DNA from: a virus
Taxonomy: Duplodnaviria; Caudoviricetes
Strand: one strand, 5' to 3'
IMG/VR virus record: IMGVR_UViG_3300023105_001195
Location: 1 to 49,993 of that record
Length of the DNA stretch: 49,993 nt
The position numbers and the translations under genes were made by a program. Below are positions 35,204 through 43,477 of the stretch, one piece after another. Position 1 is the first letter of the stretch, and each line of letters begins with the position of its first letter. The notes beneath the pieces were generated by a model. It saw only the letters and a program-made list of their open reading frames with translations. It was not told where the DNA came from and searched no databases.

Positions 35204-35652
35204 TATTTTCTCTTACGTACTATTTTAATTTCTTCTTCTGCGGCAGGCTCTTTTTTAGGAGCAGGCTTTGCAGCTGGTTTTGCTGCTGGTTTTGGCGCTG
35301 GGCTACTTACTGGCGCTGCCGCTGGAGCCTTTTTTCCAGATGAGTACGCCTGTGTTCCATAAAATGCTGCAACAATAGCTGCAACTGACACAAAGTATGT
35401 AGGTGCCATATTTCCTAATAGTGTGCCTGCTGTATCTAAATTAAAAAATACAGTTAGCACGATTGCAAATGGATATAATAACATTCCAAATAGTGCGAAC
35501 CACGCCATATTGCGCTGTGCGTCTTGTCTTTTATCTTCGTTTTCTAGCATAATCATGCGTTCTGAACGTGCGATTTCTTCATCACTTACGATACCGTCTC
35601 CGTCAACATCGTACTGTGCATATAAAGAGTCCGATTGTAATTGTTTAGCCAT
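35203..35652 (-). CDS. membrane protein with EF-hand-like loop and Pro/Ala/Lys tail
   Basis: DVDGDGIVSDEE, two TM segments, PAAKP repeats; late motif at 35676-35681. Confidence 0.75.
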   Translation of the reverse strand: MAKQLQSDSLYAQYDVDGDGIVSDEEIARSERMIMLENEDKRQDAQRNMAWFALFGMLLYPFAIVLTVFFNLDTAGTLLGNMAPTYFVSVAAIVAAFYGTQAYSSGKKAPAAAPVSSPAPKPAAKPAAKPAPKKEPAAEEEIKIVRKRK

Positions 35653-35781
35653 AATAAACACTCCTTCTCACAGAGTATTTATCGAAATTATGACTTGTTG
35701 TCCAATAAATTTATATAGTAGTAATACTGTCAGTAATTGTTAAATCACCAAATGTTCCTGCAGCAATTATACTAGGAGGTT

Positions 35782-36483
35782 TTATACATGTGTAGCTAAT
35801 GTCACATTAACAAATGCTGTCCACTTGACTGTGGCATTTGCTGCACCACTTGCTTTAACAACTACTGAATCAGTAGTGTCATTTGCTTCCATAAGTGCAT
35901 ACCAGCTGGTTGAACTTTCACCTAAAATTTCTTCCATTGGATCAGTTAACAATACAGTTGTACCAGCATCATTAACAACTACACCCTTGATAATATATCC
36001 TGCATTTTCATTGTTAGTCCCGCCACGGGCAACAATTTTAGCTTCAACAATACCTGCTGTATCATCTGGAATATTAATTCTTCCACTGGTAATAGTAGTA
36101 CTGCCGTCAATTGTGGTGTTAGTAACATCAATTAAAGTAGTATCTGCACTCAGTGTTGTTTGTATTAATAATTCTATTTCGTTTGCATCAGTGGATGTAC
36201 CAGTTAAAATGTACTGTATATTCTTTGCTTCTGGAACATATGTACTTCTGAGTGTAAATGAGTCCAGTGCATCGTTAAGGCCTGTTTCTATTTCTGTCCA
36301 TGCTGATTGACTGTATATCCACATCCTTCCGCTTGTACCATGTTGCATATACAAGTCGCCGTTTCTTGGACTTGCTGGATTACCTACAGATGGTGAAACT
36401 GACCCTTGATACAACGTAGGGCCAGACTTGTGGATTTTGAAAGAAGGATAACTTGTACCCTTCAGGTTTTGTGTTACTGCCAT
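35782..36483 (-). CDS. probable virion structural protein
   Basis: Thr/Ser/Gly-rich beta protein downstream of the late motif at 36556-36561. Confidence 0.7.
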   Translation of the reverse strand: MAVTQNLKGTSYPSFKIHKSGPTLYQGSVSPSVGNPASPRNGDLYMQHGTSGRMWIYSQSAWTEIETGLNDALDSFTLRSTYVPEAKNIQYILTGTSTDANEIELLIQTTLSADTTLIDVTNTTIDGSTTITSGRINIPDDTAGIVEAKIVARGGTNNENAGYIIKGVVVNDAGTTVLLTDPMEEILGESSTSWYALMEANDTTDSVVVKASGAANATVKWTAFVNVTLATHV

Positions 36484-36564
36484 TTTATACTCCGTTCAGT
36501 GCCACTGACACTGCCAGTCAACTTTCGTTGCTGTCGATAAGCATTTGCTTACAGATATTTATCC

Positions 36565-36819
36565 TTACCATTCTTTTTTGTCACCCTGTTGTTCATTGTA
36601 CTCATAGCCAGCATAGTACTGTTTAATTTCTTCATCAGTCATATCGTCTTTTTCTACACGGTCAGACATACCAGTACCACCTACATAATAATGCGGGCGT
36701 ATGCCACGGCCATAATAACTGTCAGCACTACCACGATCAAAAGGACCGCCATGTCTTACAATAGCTGATTTACCAAAAGTAACGTCATACACAGTGCCTT
36801 GATATTCAAAAGTTTCCAT
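36565..36819 (-). CDS. hypothetical early protein
   Basis: HGGPFDRGSADSYYGR...PHYY motif; AAGGAG RBS. Confidence 0.75.
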   Translation of the reverse strand: METFEYQGTVYDVTFGKSAIVRHGGPFDRGSADSYYGRGIRPHYYVGGTGMSDRVEKDDMTDEEIKQYYAGYEYNEQQGDKKEW

Positions 36820-36830
36820 TTTATATCTCC

Positions 36831-37082
36831 TTACGCAAAAAGTGGCTGCATTGTTTCGTAAATTTTGTTGTAAGCATTTACTTCTGCTTCATACCATTCA
36901 TAAAAGTCGCTATCGCTGTCAAAACGTGCAAGTGGTGAATCATATGACGCACAATGTTCTTCCCAAACACGGTCCATTGCTTGCATACCCTCCAGCATGT
37001 CTCCACGACCGTAATGCTTCATTGTTACAGTTGCTTCTTCGAACGTCATATCAATTTTGTTAAAAGCGGGAATACGGAACAT
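36831..37082 (-). CDS. hypothetical early protein
   Basis: Start MFRIP at 37082 after AAAGGAG. Confidence 0.72.
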   Translation of the reverse strand: MFRIPAFNKIDMTFEEATVTMKHYGRGDMLEGMQAMDRVWEEHCASYDSPLARFDSDSDFYEWYEAEVNAYNKIYETMQPLFA

Positions 37083-37111
37083 TTTGGTCTCCTTTGTCAT
37101 CTTACTCTTAT

Positions 37112-37140
37112 AATATAAAGTAAAACGCCTTACTTGTCAA
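37112..37140 (-). promoter_or_regulatory. sigma70-type early promoter TTGACA-17-TATATT with upstream T-tracts
   Basis: Consensus spacing; spacer resembles that of the 34605-34633 promoter. Confidence 0.78.
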
Positions 37141-37161
37141 CAAAAAAGTCACAAAAAGTTC

Positions 37162-37189
37162 AAAAAAATAGGCGCCCTAGGCGCCTATT
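37162..37189 (-). terminator. intrinsic terminator
   Basis: AATAGGCGCC-TAG-GGCGCCTATT followed by TTTTT. Confidence 0.85.
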
Positions 37190-37211
37190 AAAACATTAAA
37201 TGTTATTGCTA

Positions 37212-37448
37212 TTAGTCAGCAAATGTTACAACTAGTGTTGAGTCAGTAAGTGTTGGTGCAGCACCTGTGCCTTGGATTGCGATGTGATCGCCGTTTGCTG
37301 TACCTTCTACTGCTGCAACTGTGAAACCTGCTTCTGCTGCTTCTGCACAAGCTACTTCTACGTTTGTGCCTGTTGCTACTACAAAAATGTGTGTTTGTCC
37401 GCCTAGGCCAGTGCCGGCACGAACTGCTTGTGATGTTGTTAAAGCCAT
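37212..37448 (-). CDS. small Ala/Thr/Gly-rich probable virion protein
   Basis: Own late motif (37492-37497), AGGAG RBS and terminator. Confidence 0.75.
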   Translation of the reverse strand: MALTTSQAVRAGTGLGGQTHIFVVATGTNVEVACAEAAEAGFTVAAVEGTANGDHIAIQGTGAAPTLTDSTLVVTFAD

Positions 37449-37521
37449 TTTAATTCTCCTAAAATTTAAACTTGCGCTTTGCGCTTACTTTTATTTATGC
37501 TTTCTTGTCAATTTTTTACTT

Positions 37522-39576
37522 TTATTCTGCAACAAATGTTACGATTACATATCCTGCACCAGTACTTGCGCCTGTTACACTAGCAATCAACTGTGTTGAA
37601 CTACCGTAAAGTTGCATTAGATCAACTTGGTAAATGCCAGTTGTTTCTGGATCAATCTCTTCTGCTGTTGCAATTTCACCAACTGCACCTGATCTACCCA
37701 GTGTAATAGTTGTACCTGCTGTGTATGCGCTTGTAATATTAACTTTTGCTTCTACTACTCTAACGTTTGCTGGTAGTGCTGCACCAATGTTAACATCACT
37801 TGTACCAATTGCTACACGGCGTGTACTGGTAATACCAACTTGGTTAGTTGGGTTTGTCCAAACTGGAAGACCGTTTGCAACTGTAAGTACGTCACCGTCA
37901 GTGCCAATTGCCAGTTTAGCAAGCACACCATCTGCACCAGTATTACCTGCATATAGTAAATCACCTGATGTGTATGAACTTTGTCCAGTACCACCATGAC
38001 TTTCAGGTAGTGTACCAGTTACTGCGTCCGCCGCTGCTAAATCAACAGCACCATACTCTAGTACACCAGCAGCACTAACACGCAATACTTGGTTGTTTAA
38101 ACCAACACTTAATTTTGTAAGTTTGTTAGTTGCATCACCAAATAGCAAGTCATATTGTGCATATGTACTTTCGCCTGTACCACCGTTTGTTTCGTCTAGT
38201 ACACCACTTACGCTAACGCCAGTTTGATCAAGGTCAACTGTACCATAACCCAGTGTACCACTGCCATCAACACGTAATACTTGGTTAGCTGTACCAACAG
38301 CAAGTTCTGTTGTTGTATTACCACTATTGTCACTTAGATATAAACTCTGATCTGCATATGCACTAACATCTGCCGCCAAACCACCACGACTACGGAGCAA
38401 GGTATTTGTCGTTGCAGCTGGTTGATCTAAGCTAATTGCTGTCCATGTTGCTGTACCGCCAGCACCGTCACTAATTAGTGATTGGTATTGTGTAGTACTT
38501 GATTTAACAGCAAGGTCGTCATTGTCTAGGTGAATTGTTGTACCGTCTGTACGTACATAAATTCTATTACCGTCTTGTGCCAGACCGTCGTTAGCATAAA
38601 TGCCACTTACACGGCTAAACTGTGCCCAAGTAATTGGATCTGTACCAAGTGTAGCATTACCAGTTGGATTGTTTACAACCCATCCACTGTCTTGCCATAC
38701 TGTACCTTCCAATACGAATACAAATACACCGCCACCCATTTCACTACCAGCAGCATTTGCGGCTGAACCAGTGTATGTGCCTAGCGTATGTCCAGTTAAT
38801 GTCCAACCAGATGGATCAGCACTGGTTGTATCGGTTAGTGTAATTGAAGAACCAGTATAGATCAATGTAACTAGACTAATTAATCCACCAGCATCTTGAA
38901 ATTCAACTGTTAGTCCTGGCACGCCCATTGACTGAATCACGCCAATTGCGCCTGCGCCACTAGCAGTATAGTTAACGCCATCAGCAGTTAAATTATATTC
39001 ATAAACAGTTGCCCCAGCGTATGGGTCTTGTACTGTACCACGTAGTACAATACTACCACCAGCACTTGCTGCCGCTTCACCAGCTGGCGCAGCGTTATCT
39101 GCATCTGGTGCACGACTTAGTGTACCTGCGCTGCTGTCAAATACCCAAATACCGTTACCAACTGCGTCAGCGCCAGTTGCGTCTTTAATCAGTACACGAT
39201 CACCATCTGCTAGTGTAACACCGTCAATTACACCGCCTGTTAGTGTCCAAACTTCGTTACTGTATGACAAGTTTGTCATATCATCTGTTGCTGTTCCGCT
39301 ATTGACATTGCTGTCAATACTTGTTAAGCCATTTGTTGCAACCCTAACGGCTGCTTTTGGTTTTAAACCTTGTGCAACACTGTCTACATAATATTTTGTG
39401 GCAGCATCACGGTTTTCAACTGGTTCAGCTACACGAAAGTTTACATAGTCATTGTCAGCAAGGTTTCTAGCGTTAAATGCGTTATCCGCATTATCAAATT
39501 TAATTCGACCGTTTGACTTACCAAACTGAACGTCTGAATATAAACCTGATAATCCATATTGTTTTGTGAGTGCCAT
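37522..39576 (-). CDS. virion structural / fibre protein
   Basis: DAATKYYVD, IDGVTL..GDRVLIKD, FVFVLEGT, GGTG repeats; TATAAATA at 39605-39612. Confidence 0.8.
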   Translation of the reverse strand: MALTKQYGLSGLYSDVQFGKSNGRIKFDNADNAFNARNLADNDYVNFRVAEPVENRDAATKYYVDSVAQGLKPKAAVRVATNGLTSIDSNVNSGTATDDMTNLSYSNEVWTLTGGVIDGVTLADGDRVLIKDATGADAVGNGIWVFDSSAGTLSRAPDADNAAPAGEAAASAGGSIVLRGTVQDPYAGATVYEYNLTADGVNYTASGAGAIGVIQSMGVPGLTVEFQDAGGLISLVTLIYTGSSITLTDTTSADPSGWTLTGHTLGTYTGSAANAAGSEMGGGVFVFVLEGTVWQDSGWVVNNPTGNATLGTDPITWAQFSRVSGIYANDGLAQDGNRIYVRTDGTTIHLDNDDLAVKSSTTQYQSLISDGAGGTATWTAISLDQPAATTNTLLRSRGGLAADVSAYADQSLYLSDNSGNTTTELAVGTANQVLRVDGSGTLGYGTVDLDQTGVSVSGVLDETNGGTGESTYAQYDLLFGDATNKLTKLSVGLNNQVLRVSAAGVLEYGAVDLAAADAVTGTLPESHGGTGQSSYTSGDLLYAGNTGADGVLAKLAIGTDGDVLTVANGLPVWTNPTNQVGITSTRRVAIGTSDVNIGAALPANVRVVEAKVNITSAYTAGTTITLGRSGAVGEIATAEEIDPETTGIYQVDLMQLYGSSTQLIASVTGASTGAGYVIVTFVAE

Positions 39577-39607
39577 CTGTTGTTCCTAATCCTCTTGTTA
39601 TACTTAT

Positions 39608-40978
39608 TTATACATATGTTATCAAAACTCGTGCTTCACCTTGTGTTGCACCGTTAGCATTTAAATAAACATTAATATCTTCTTTTTGTGTTTGTGCATA
39701 AATTTCACTAGGAAAACTCTGATATTCTCCAGTGACACTTGTATCATTTTCATGTTCTGTCATATATTTGGAATTGTCATATTGGTCACCTACTGTAATA
39801 GTTGCACCATTATCAAAAGGAGTAACTATTCGTAAACTTACATTTACAACCCTGGCTAAACCACTCACTTTATAGATAACAGTGGTATTTGCGCTCAAAT
39901 GGGTAATACTGCGTTCAAAACTTCTGGCATCAACTGCTGAACCAGACTGGCTCTGCATAAGAATCCATTGGCCAGCATCGTAAATATAAAATCCCCAATC
40001 ACCAACCCCAATGTCATGAACATATGCAGTATCTCCGTCACTTGGATTTGCTATATTTTGTAGATCTGTCAGTGTGTCAATTACATAGCTACTGCTGATA
40101 CTACCAACATCTACACTACCAGCTGGGTTGAATACCGCACGAGTATTATCAAGTTTTATATAAATTGGTTGTCCAGCAGTTCTGCTATCAATACTGTTGG
40201 GACTAAAGTTTATTAACTCACCACCGCTACTGGCATTATCTAAAAAGTATAATTCTCCTGGACCACCATCAGCCAGTTCAATATCTACAACTGGTCCTAC
40301 AGTTCTTATTCTAAAATAATCATCTGTTGGGTAATTTGTTTCTTCTACGATACCAATAATACGTTTTGCATCTTGACTAATATCAGTCAAAAAGTTTGCC
40401 GGTGCATAAACACCATTACTGTTTAGGACTATGGCTTGACCAACGCTAAAATTATGTGTGGGTTGAAAAACTTGCAGAGTATCATTTTTACCACGTTGGG
40501 TAAATCTACTCATAATTTGCGTAGCAAACCCTCTGGTAAATCCGGCTGGCAATACATCTGGCAGTGGGAACAACACTGGCATCTGGTTTTTAGTTTCAAA
40601 CAAAAATCCAGGACCATCTATTAGACTACCGTCTGCATACTGAGTATAGTCAGTGATGGCATTCATTTTATCTTCATCACTGGCTTTGAATTCAATTTGT
40701 CCAGTTGTCACTAAGTTTATGATTTCATCAATTACAAGAAGTCTACCATTTGAACCAGTTGTTACGTAATCACCTACTTTTATATCTCTGGCATCATATT
40801 GCATAGGAACAACACTGTTGTGGCTACTGTGTAACTGTGCATTAACATCAGCAATAAACCGCCACTGTTTAGGTTCACCAGCAGCATCATCTACACCTGA
40901 CTGCCCTGGCCAGCGATCTGTAATTTCTTGAGTTCTCAAGTATAAACTTAGTAGTTTTGGAGGGGCAATATTAGTCAT
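39608..40978 (-). CDS. probable virion structural protein
   Basis: Beta-rich; C-terminal domain similar to that of 37522-39576. Confidence 0.72.
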   Translation of the reverse strand: MTNIAPPKLLSLYLRTQEITDRWPGQSGVDDAAGEPKQWRFIADVNAQLHSSHNSVVPMQYDARDIKVGDYVTTGSNGRLLVIDEIINLVTTGQIEFKASDEDKMNAITDYTQYADGSLIDGPGFLFETKNQMPVLFPLPDVLPAGFTRGFATQIMSRFTQRGKNDTLQVFQPTHNFSVGQAIVLNSNGVYAPANFLTDISQDAKRIIGIVEETNYPTDDYFRIRTVGPVVDIELADGGPGELYFLDNASSGGELINFSPNSIDSRTAGQPIYIKLDNTRAVFNPAGSVDVGSISSSYVIDTLTDLQNIANPSDGDTAYVHDIGVGDWGFYIYDAGQWILMQSQSGSAVDARSFERSITHLSANTTVIYKVSGLARVVNVSLRIVTPFDNGATITVGDQYDNSKYMTEHENDTSVTGEYQSFPSEIYAQTQKEDINVYLNANGATQGEARVLITYV

Positions 40979-40982
40979 ATTT

Positions 40983-42056
40983 TTAGAACACCAAATTCAC
41001 ATATGCGTATCCATTAGCGTCGGCACCAGCAACTGCGGCAATTACGTCAATAGTAAATGTGGTAGTTGGATTATTTCCATCTAATTGTACCTGATAGTTA
41101 CCAGTTGGATATCTTAATTTAAATTTATTTGTAATATTATCACGGCCATAATAACTTACAGATTTAGGCCATGTACCAAACGGGTGTGTTACGGTAATCT
41201 GATTACCAATTCTAGTTGCAGTCATATCACTTGGAACATCCAATACATCTTCCAAACTGCCATCAGCTTCAAAAGTAATACGCATTGATCTTGTAATTGC
41301 AGTGGTATCCCAACCAACTTCACTGACACCGCCAGTGCCTGTTGTTAGTACATATATTCTATCAAGTGTAGTTGGTGGATCAAGTGGAGTAACTTCCCCG
41401 TTTCTAACAACAAGTAATCCACCCTCTGCACTGACATTAAAATTAAAGTCAACATCAAATATGATGTCAGAACCATTAATAGTAACGTTTAAGTTATTAC
41501 CGCCAACAATACTGCGGAATTGTAAATCTTCACCAGTTTTGTTATCAAAGATACTTGTACCCGTACCAATACTGGATACAGTGTTTACTTCACCATAACC
41601 TCTGAAAACAATCTCGTCATCTGTTTGTGTAATAGTTAAATTTTTACTGTCTGGATGTAATGAAATTGTACGGAAATTAAGAACATTGTCTACTGTTTCT
41701 TTATAAACTTCAGCACCAGTGCCAACATTGTCACCAGTGTTTAGTAGTGATCCACTGTTGGCAATACCAATAGTAATATCATTACCGTCAGTTGTGACTG
41801 TTAAGTTGTTGCCTGCTCTGATGCTTCTTAAATTTAATGTGCCGTCTGTTCTACCGCCATAGACACTTGTACCAGTGCCTAATGAGCTCACGTCACTGAA
41901 CACTGCATTTCCGCCCACACTCAACGTTCGTGCAACAAAAACACCTAGTGTAATGTCAAACTGTAATACCATATCTGCCTGCAATACAGCAGGATTGAAA
42001 GATATCATTGGTTGTGTCTGGGACGTTATTGTTGATGAACATGCAAATACTGCCAT
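40983..42056 (-). CDS. probable fibre protein with three approximately 45-50 aa repeats
   Basis: GTG...(Y/F)......L.(L/F)R(S/T)I repeated three times; TATAAATA at 42088-42095. Confidence 0.72.
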   Translation of the reverse strand: MAVFACSSTITSQTQPMISFNPAVLQADMVLQFDITLGVFVARTLSVGGNAVFSDVSSLGTGTSVYGGRTDGTLNLRSIRAGNNLTVTTDGNDITIGIANSGSLLNTGDNVGTGAEVYKETVDNVLNFRTISLHPDSKNLTITQTDDEIVFRGYGEVNTVSSIGTGTSIFDNKTGEDLQFRSIVGGNNLNVTINGSDIIFDVDFNFNVSAEGGLLVVRNGEVTPLDPPTTLDRIYVLTTGTGGVSEVGWDTTAITRSMRITFEADGSLEDVLDVPSDMTATRIGNQITVTHPFGTWPKSVSYYGRDNITNKFKLRYPTGNYQVQLDGNNPTTTFTIDVIAAVAGADANGYAYVNLVF

Positions 42057-42096
42057 ACTACAAATACCTTTATCGTTTAGTTAGTAGTATTTATAC

Positions 42097-42501
42097 TCAG
42101 ACGTTCAAAAGTATTTTGTCAATTCTGCCATGTTGTGCTTGGTCATATGCTTGTGCATTTAAATATGTACGATCTACTCTTGCACGTAAGTACATGGTGT
42201 TTAATCTAAACGTAAATGCATCAGCACCAGTGTCACCTACAATGCCTGTTGGTGAACCAGGAAGTTGTGGATACTGTTTGTAAGTACTGCCACTAGTCAG
42301 ATAAATTGGAAACCAATCATCGTCCTGTGGATCACTTACTAGTGTACCTTCAATATATAATCTTCCTACAAAATCACTGAAGTTTACACTCACAGTGTGT
42401 AGGCCGTCAGTATTACCATAGTAAGCGTCTGCACGGATTTTGTCTCCAGTGTAGTTTAAACTGTCTTGATGTGTTAACATTGTATAACTGACGGTGCTCA
42501 T
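42097..42501 (-). CDS. hypothetical, probably structural protein
   Basis: GLHTVS...F.G...IEGTL...P...DWF pattern; late-gene context. Confidence 0.7.
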   Translation of the reverse strand: MSTVSYTMLTHQDSLNYTGDKIRADAYYGNTDGLHTVSVNFSDFVGRLYIEGTLVSDPQDDDWFPIYLTSGSTYKQYPQLPGSPTGIVGDTGADAFTFRLNTMYLRARVDRTYLNAQAYDQAQHGRIDKILLNV

Positions 42502-42503
42502 TT

Positions 42504-42668
42504 TTATTCCTTAATAATCTCTACAAGTGTACCTTCACCTGCTAATTCTTGAATTACAGCTTCAAGCTGAACTAGTGTATCCTGATCAATAATTTCATGA
42601 TCTTCGTCACTATCCCTTAGCAGTTTACTGGCTTTAACCACAAACATTGTTTCTGCAATTTTTGCCAT
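42504..42668 (-). CDS. 54 aa hypothetical protein
   Basis: Below the ORF cutoff: MAKIAETMFVVKASKLLRD...LVEIIKE; AGGAG RBS; late motif at 42696-42701. Confidence 0.7.
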   Translation of the reverse strand: MAKIAETMFVVKASKLLRDSDEDHEIIDQDTLVQLEAVIQELAGEGTLVEIIKE

Positions 42669-42694
42669 AGTAGTCTCCTATAAAATAACTATAG

Positions 42695-43477
42695 TTATTT
42701 ATCTGAATCTATTTCGTCCTGAGTTACTACTTCTAGCTCTTCCAGTGTCTTGTAGGGAGTCATGAGTTTAATTTGTAAATAATCAGTTTCATCTTTAAGA
42801 TAAATTGTTACTCTATGCCAATCATAAAGCCGCCGCCAACCACTGGTTAATTGTCTAGATATGTAACTTGCATATCGAGTCCTGCTGGTAGTGCCAGTAA
42901 TATTGGCAGCAATCCTAAAATTATCACTCAGCCTATAACTATCTTCGTCCAGTGTTTTTAATATATCATATATGTGTTCAGCACCACCATCTACAATTTC
43001 AGTACTGCCAGGCCATATTATTTTATAACGATATTTTTTATAAAATAAATTATCTCTAACCAAAATTTTACAATTGTTTTTCATTGTGTCACGCTGTACT
43101 TCGTTTGCAGGGCCGTGTACATCAATCAAAAACAATCTAAATCTTTTAATTAGCTTGATTGCAATATCAGTATCGTTTAAGTAGACGTGAAATTTACTTT
43201 CACGCCTAAGTCTATAATCAATTTTATTACTATCCAAAAACTGTGTAATCTTTTTATGAACATTGCGAAGTTTGTTCATATCCTCACGGCGGTCTTCATT
43301 ATTGGTTATAGAATAACCACCACCATGTCTAAATCCAAATAATGTCCATAACTGAATGTTATCAAATCCTAATCGCAATGAATAAGTTTTGAAAAATAGT
43401 TTTTCTGTATAAACATACGTGCACACATCACTGCATGCTTTTCTAACATCAGATATAGTTGATTTGGATTTGGTCAT
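42695..43477 (-). CDS. hypothetical protein
   Basis: Likely start MTKSKS at 43477 (short overlap with the clpA end). Confidence 0.65.
   Translation of the reverse strand: MTKSKSTISDVRKACSDVCTYVYTEKLFFKTYSLRLGFDNIQLWTLFGFRHGGGYSITNNEDRREDMNKLRNVHKKITQFLDSNKIDYRLRRESKFHVYLNDTDIAIKLIKRFRLFLIDVHGPANEVQRDTMKNNCKILVRDNLFYKKYRYKIIWPGSTEIVDGGAEHIYDILKTLDEDSYRLSDNFRIAANITGTTSRTRYASYISRQLTSGWRRLYDWHRVTIYLKDETDYLQIKLMTPYKTLEELEVVTQDEIDSDK

Noticed and set aside
35230-35335. PAAKP low-complexity repeats
   Set aside because: Simple protein linker/tail in the EF-hand membrane protein; not a DNA-level repeat element.
37506-37511. TTGACA on the minus strand upstream of the 78 aa gene
   Set aside because: No -10 box at 16-18 bp spacing; the TAAATA late motif explains the promoter.
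27450-41598. Many plus-strand ORFs of 60-219 aa (e.g. 27450-28109, 30281-30742, 35825-36310, 37634-37999)
   Set aside because: Mirror-frame artefacts of Thr/Gly/Asp-rich structural genes; Val/Ser/Pro-rich with no independent signals.
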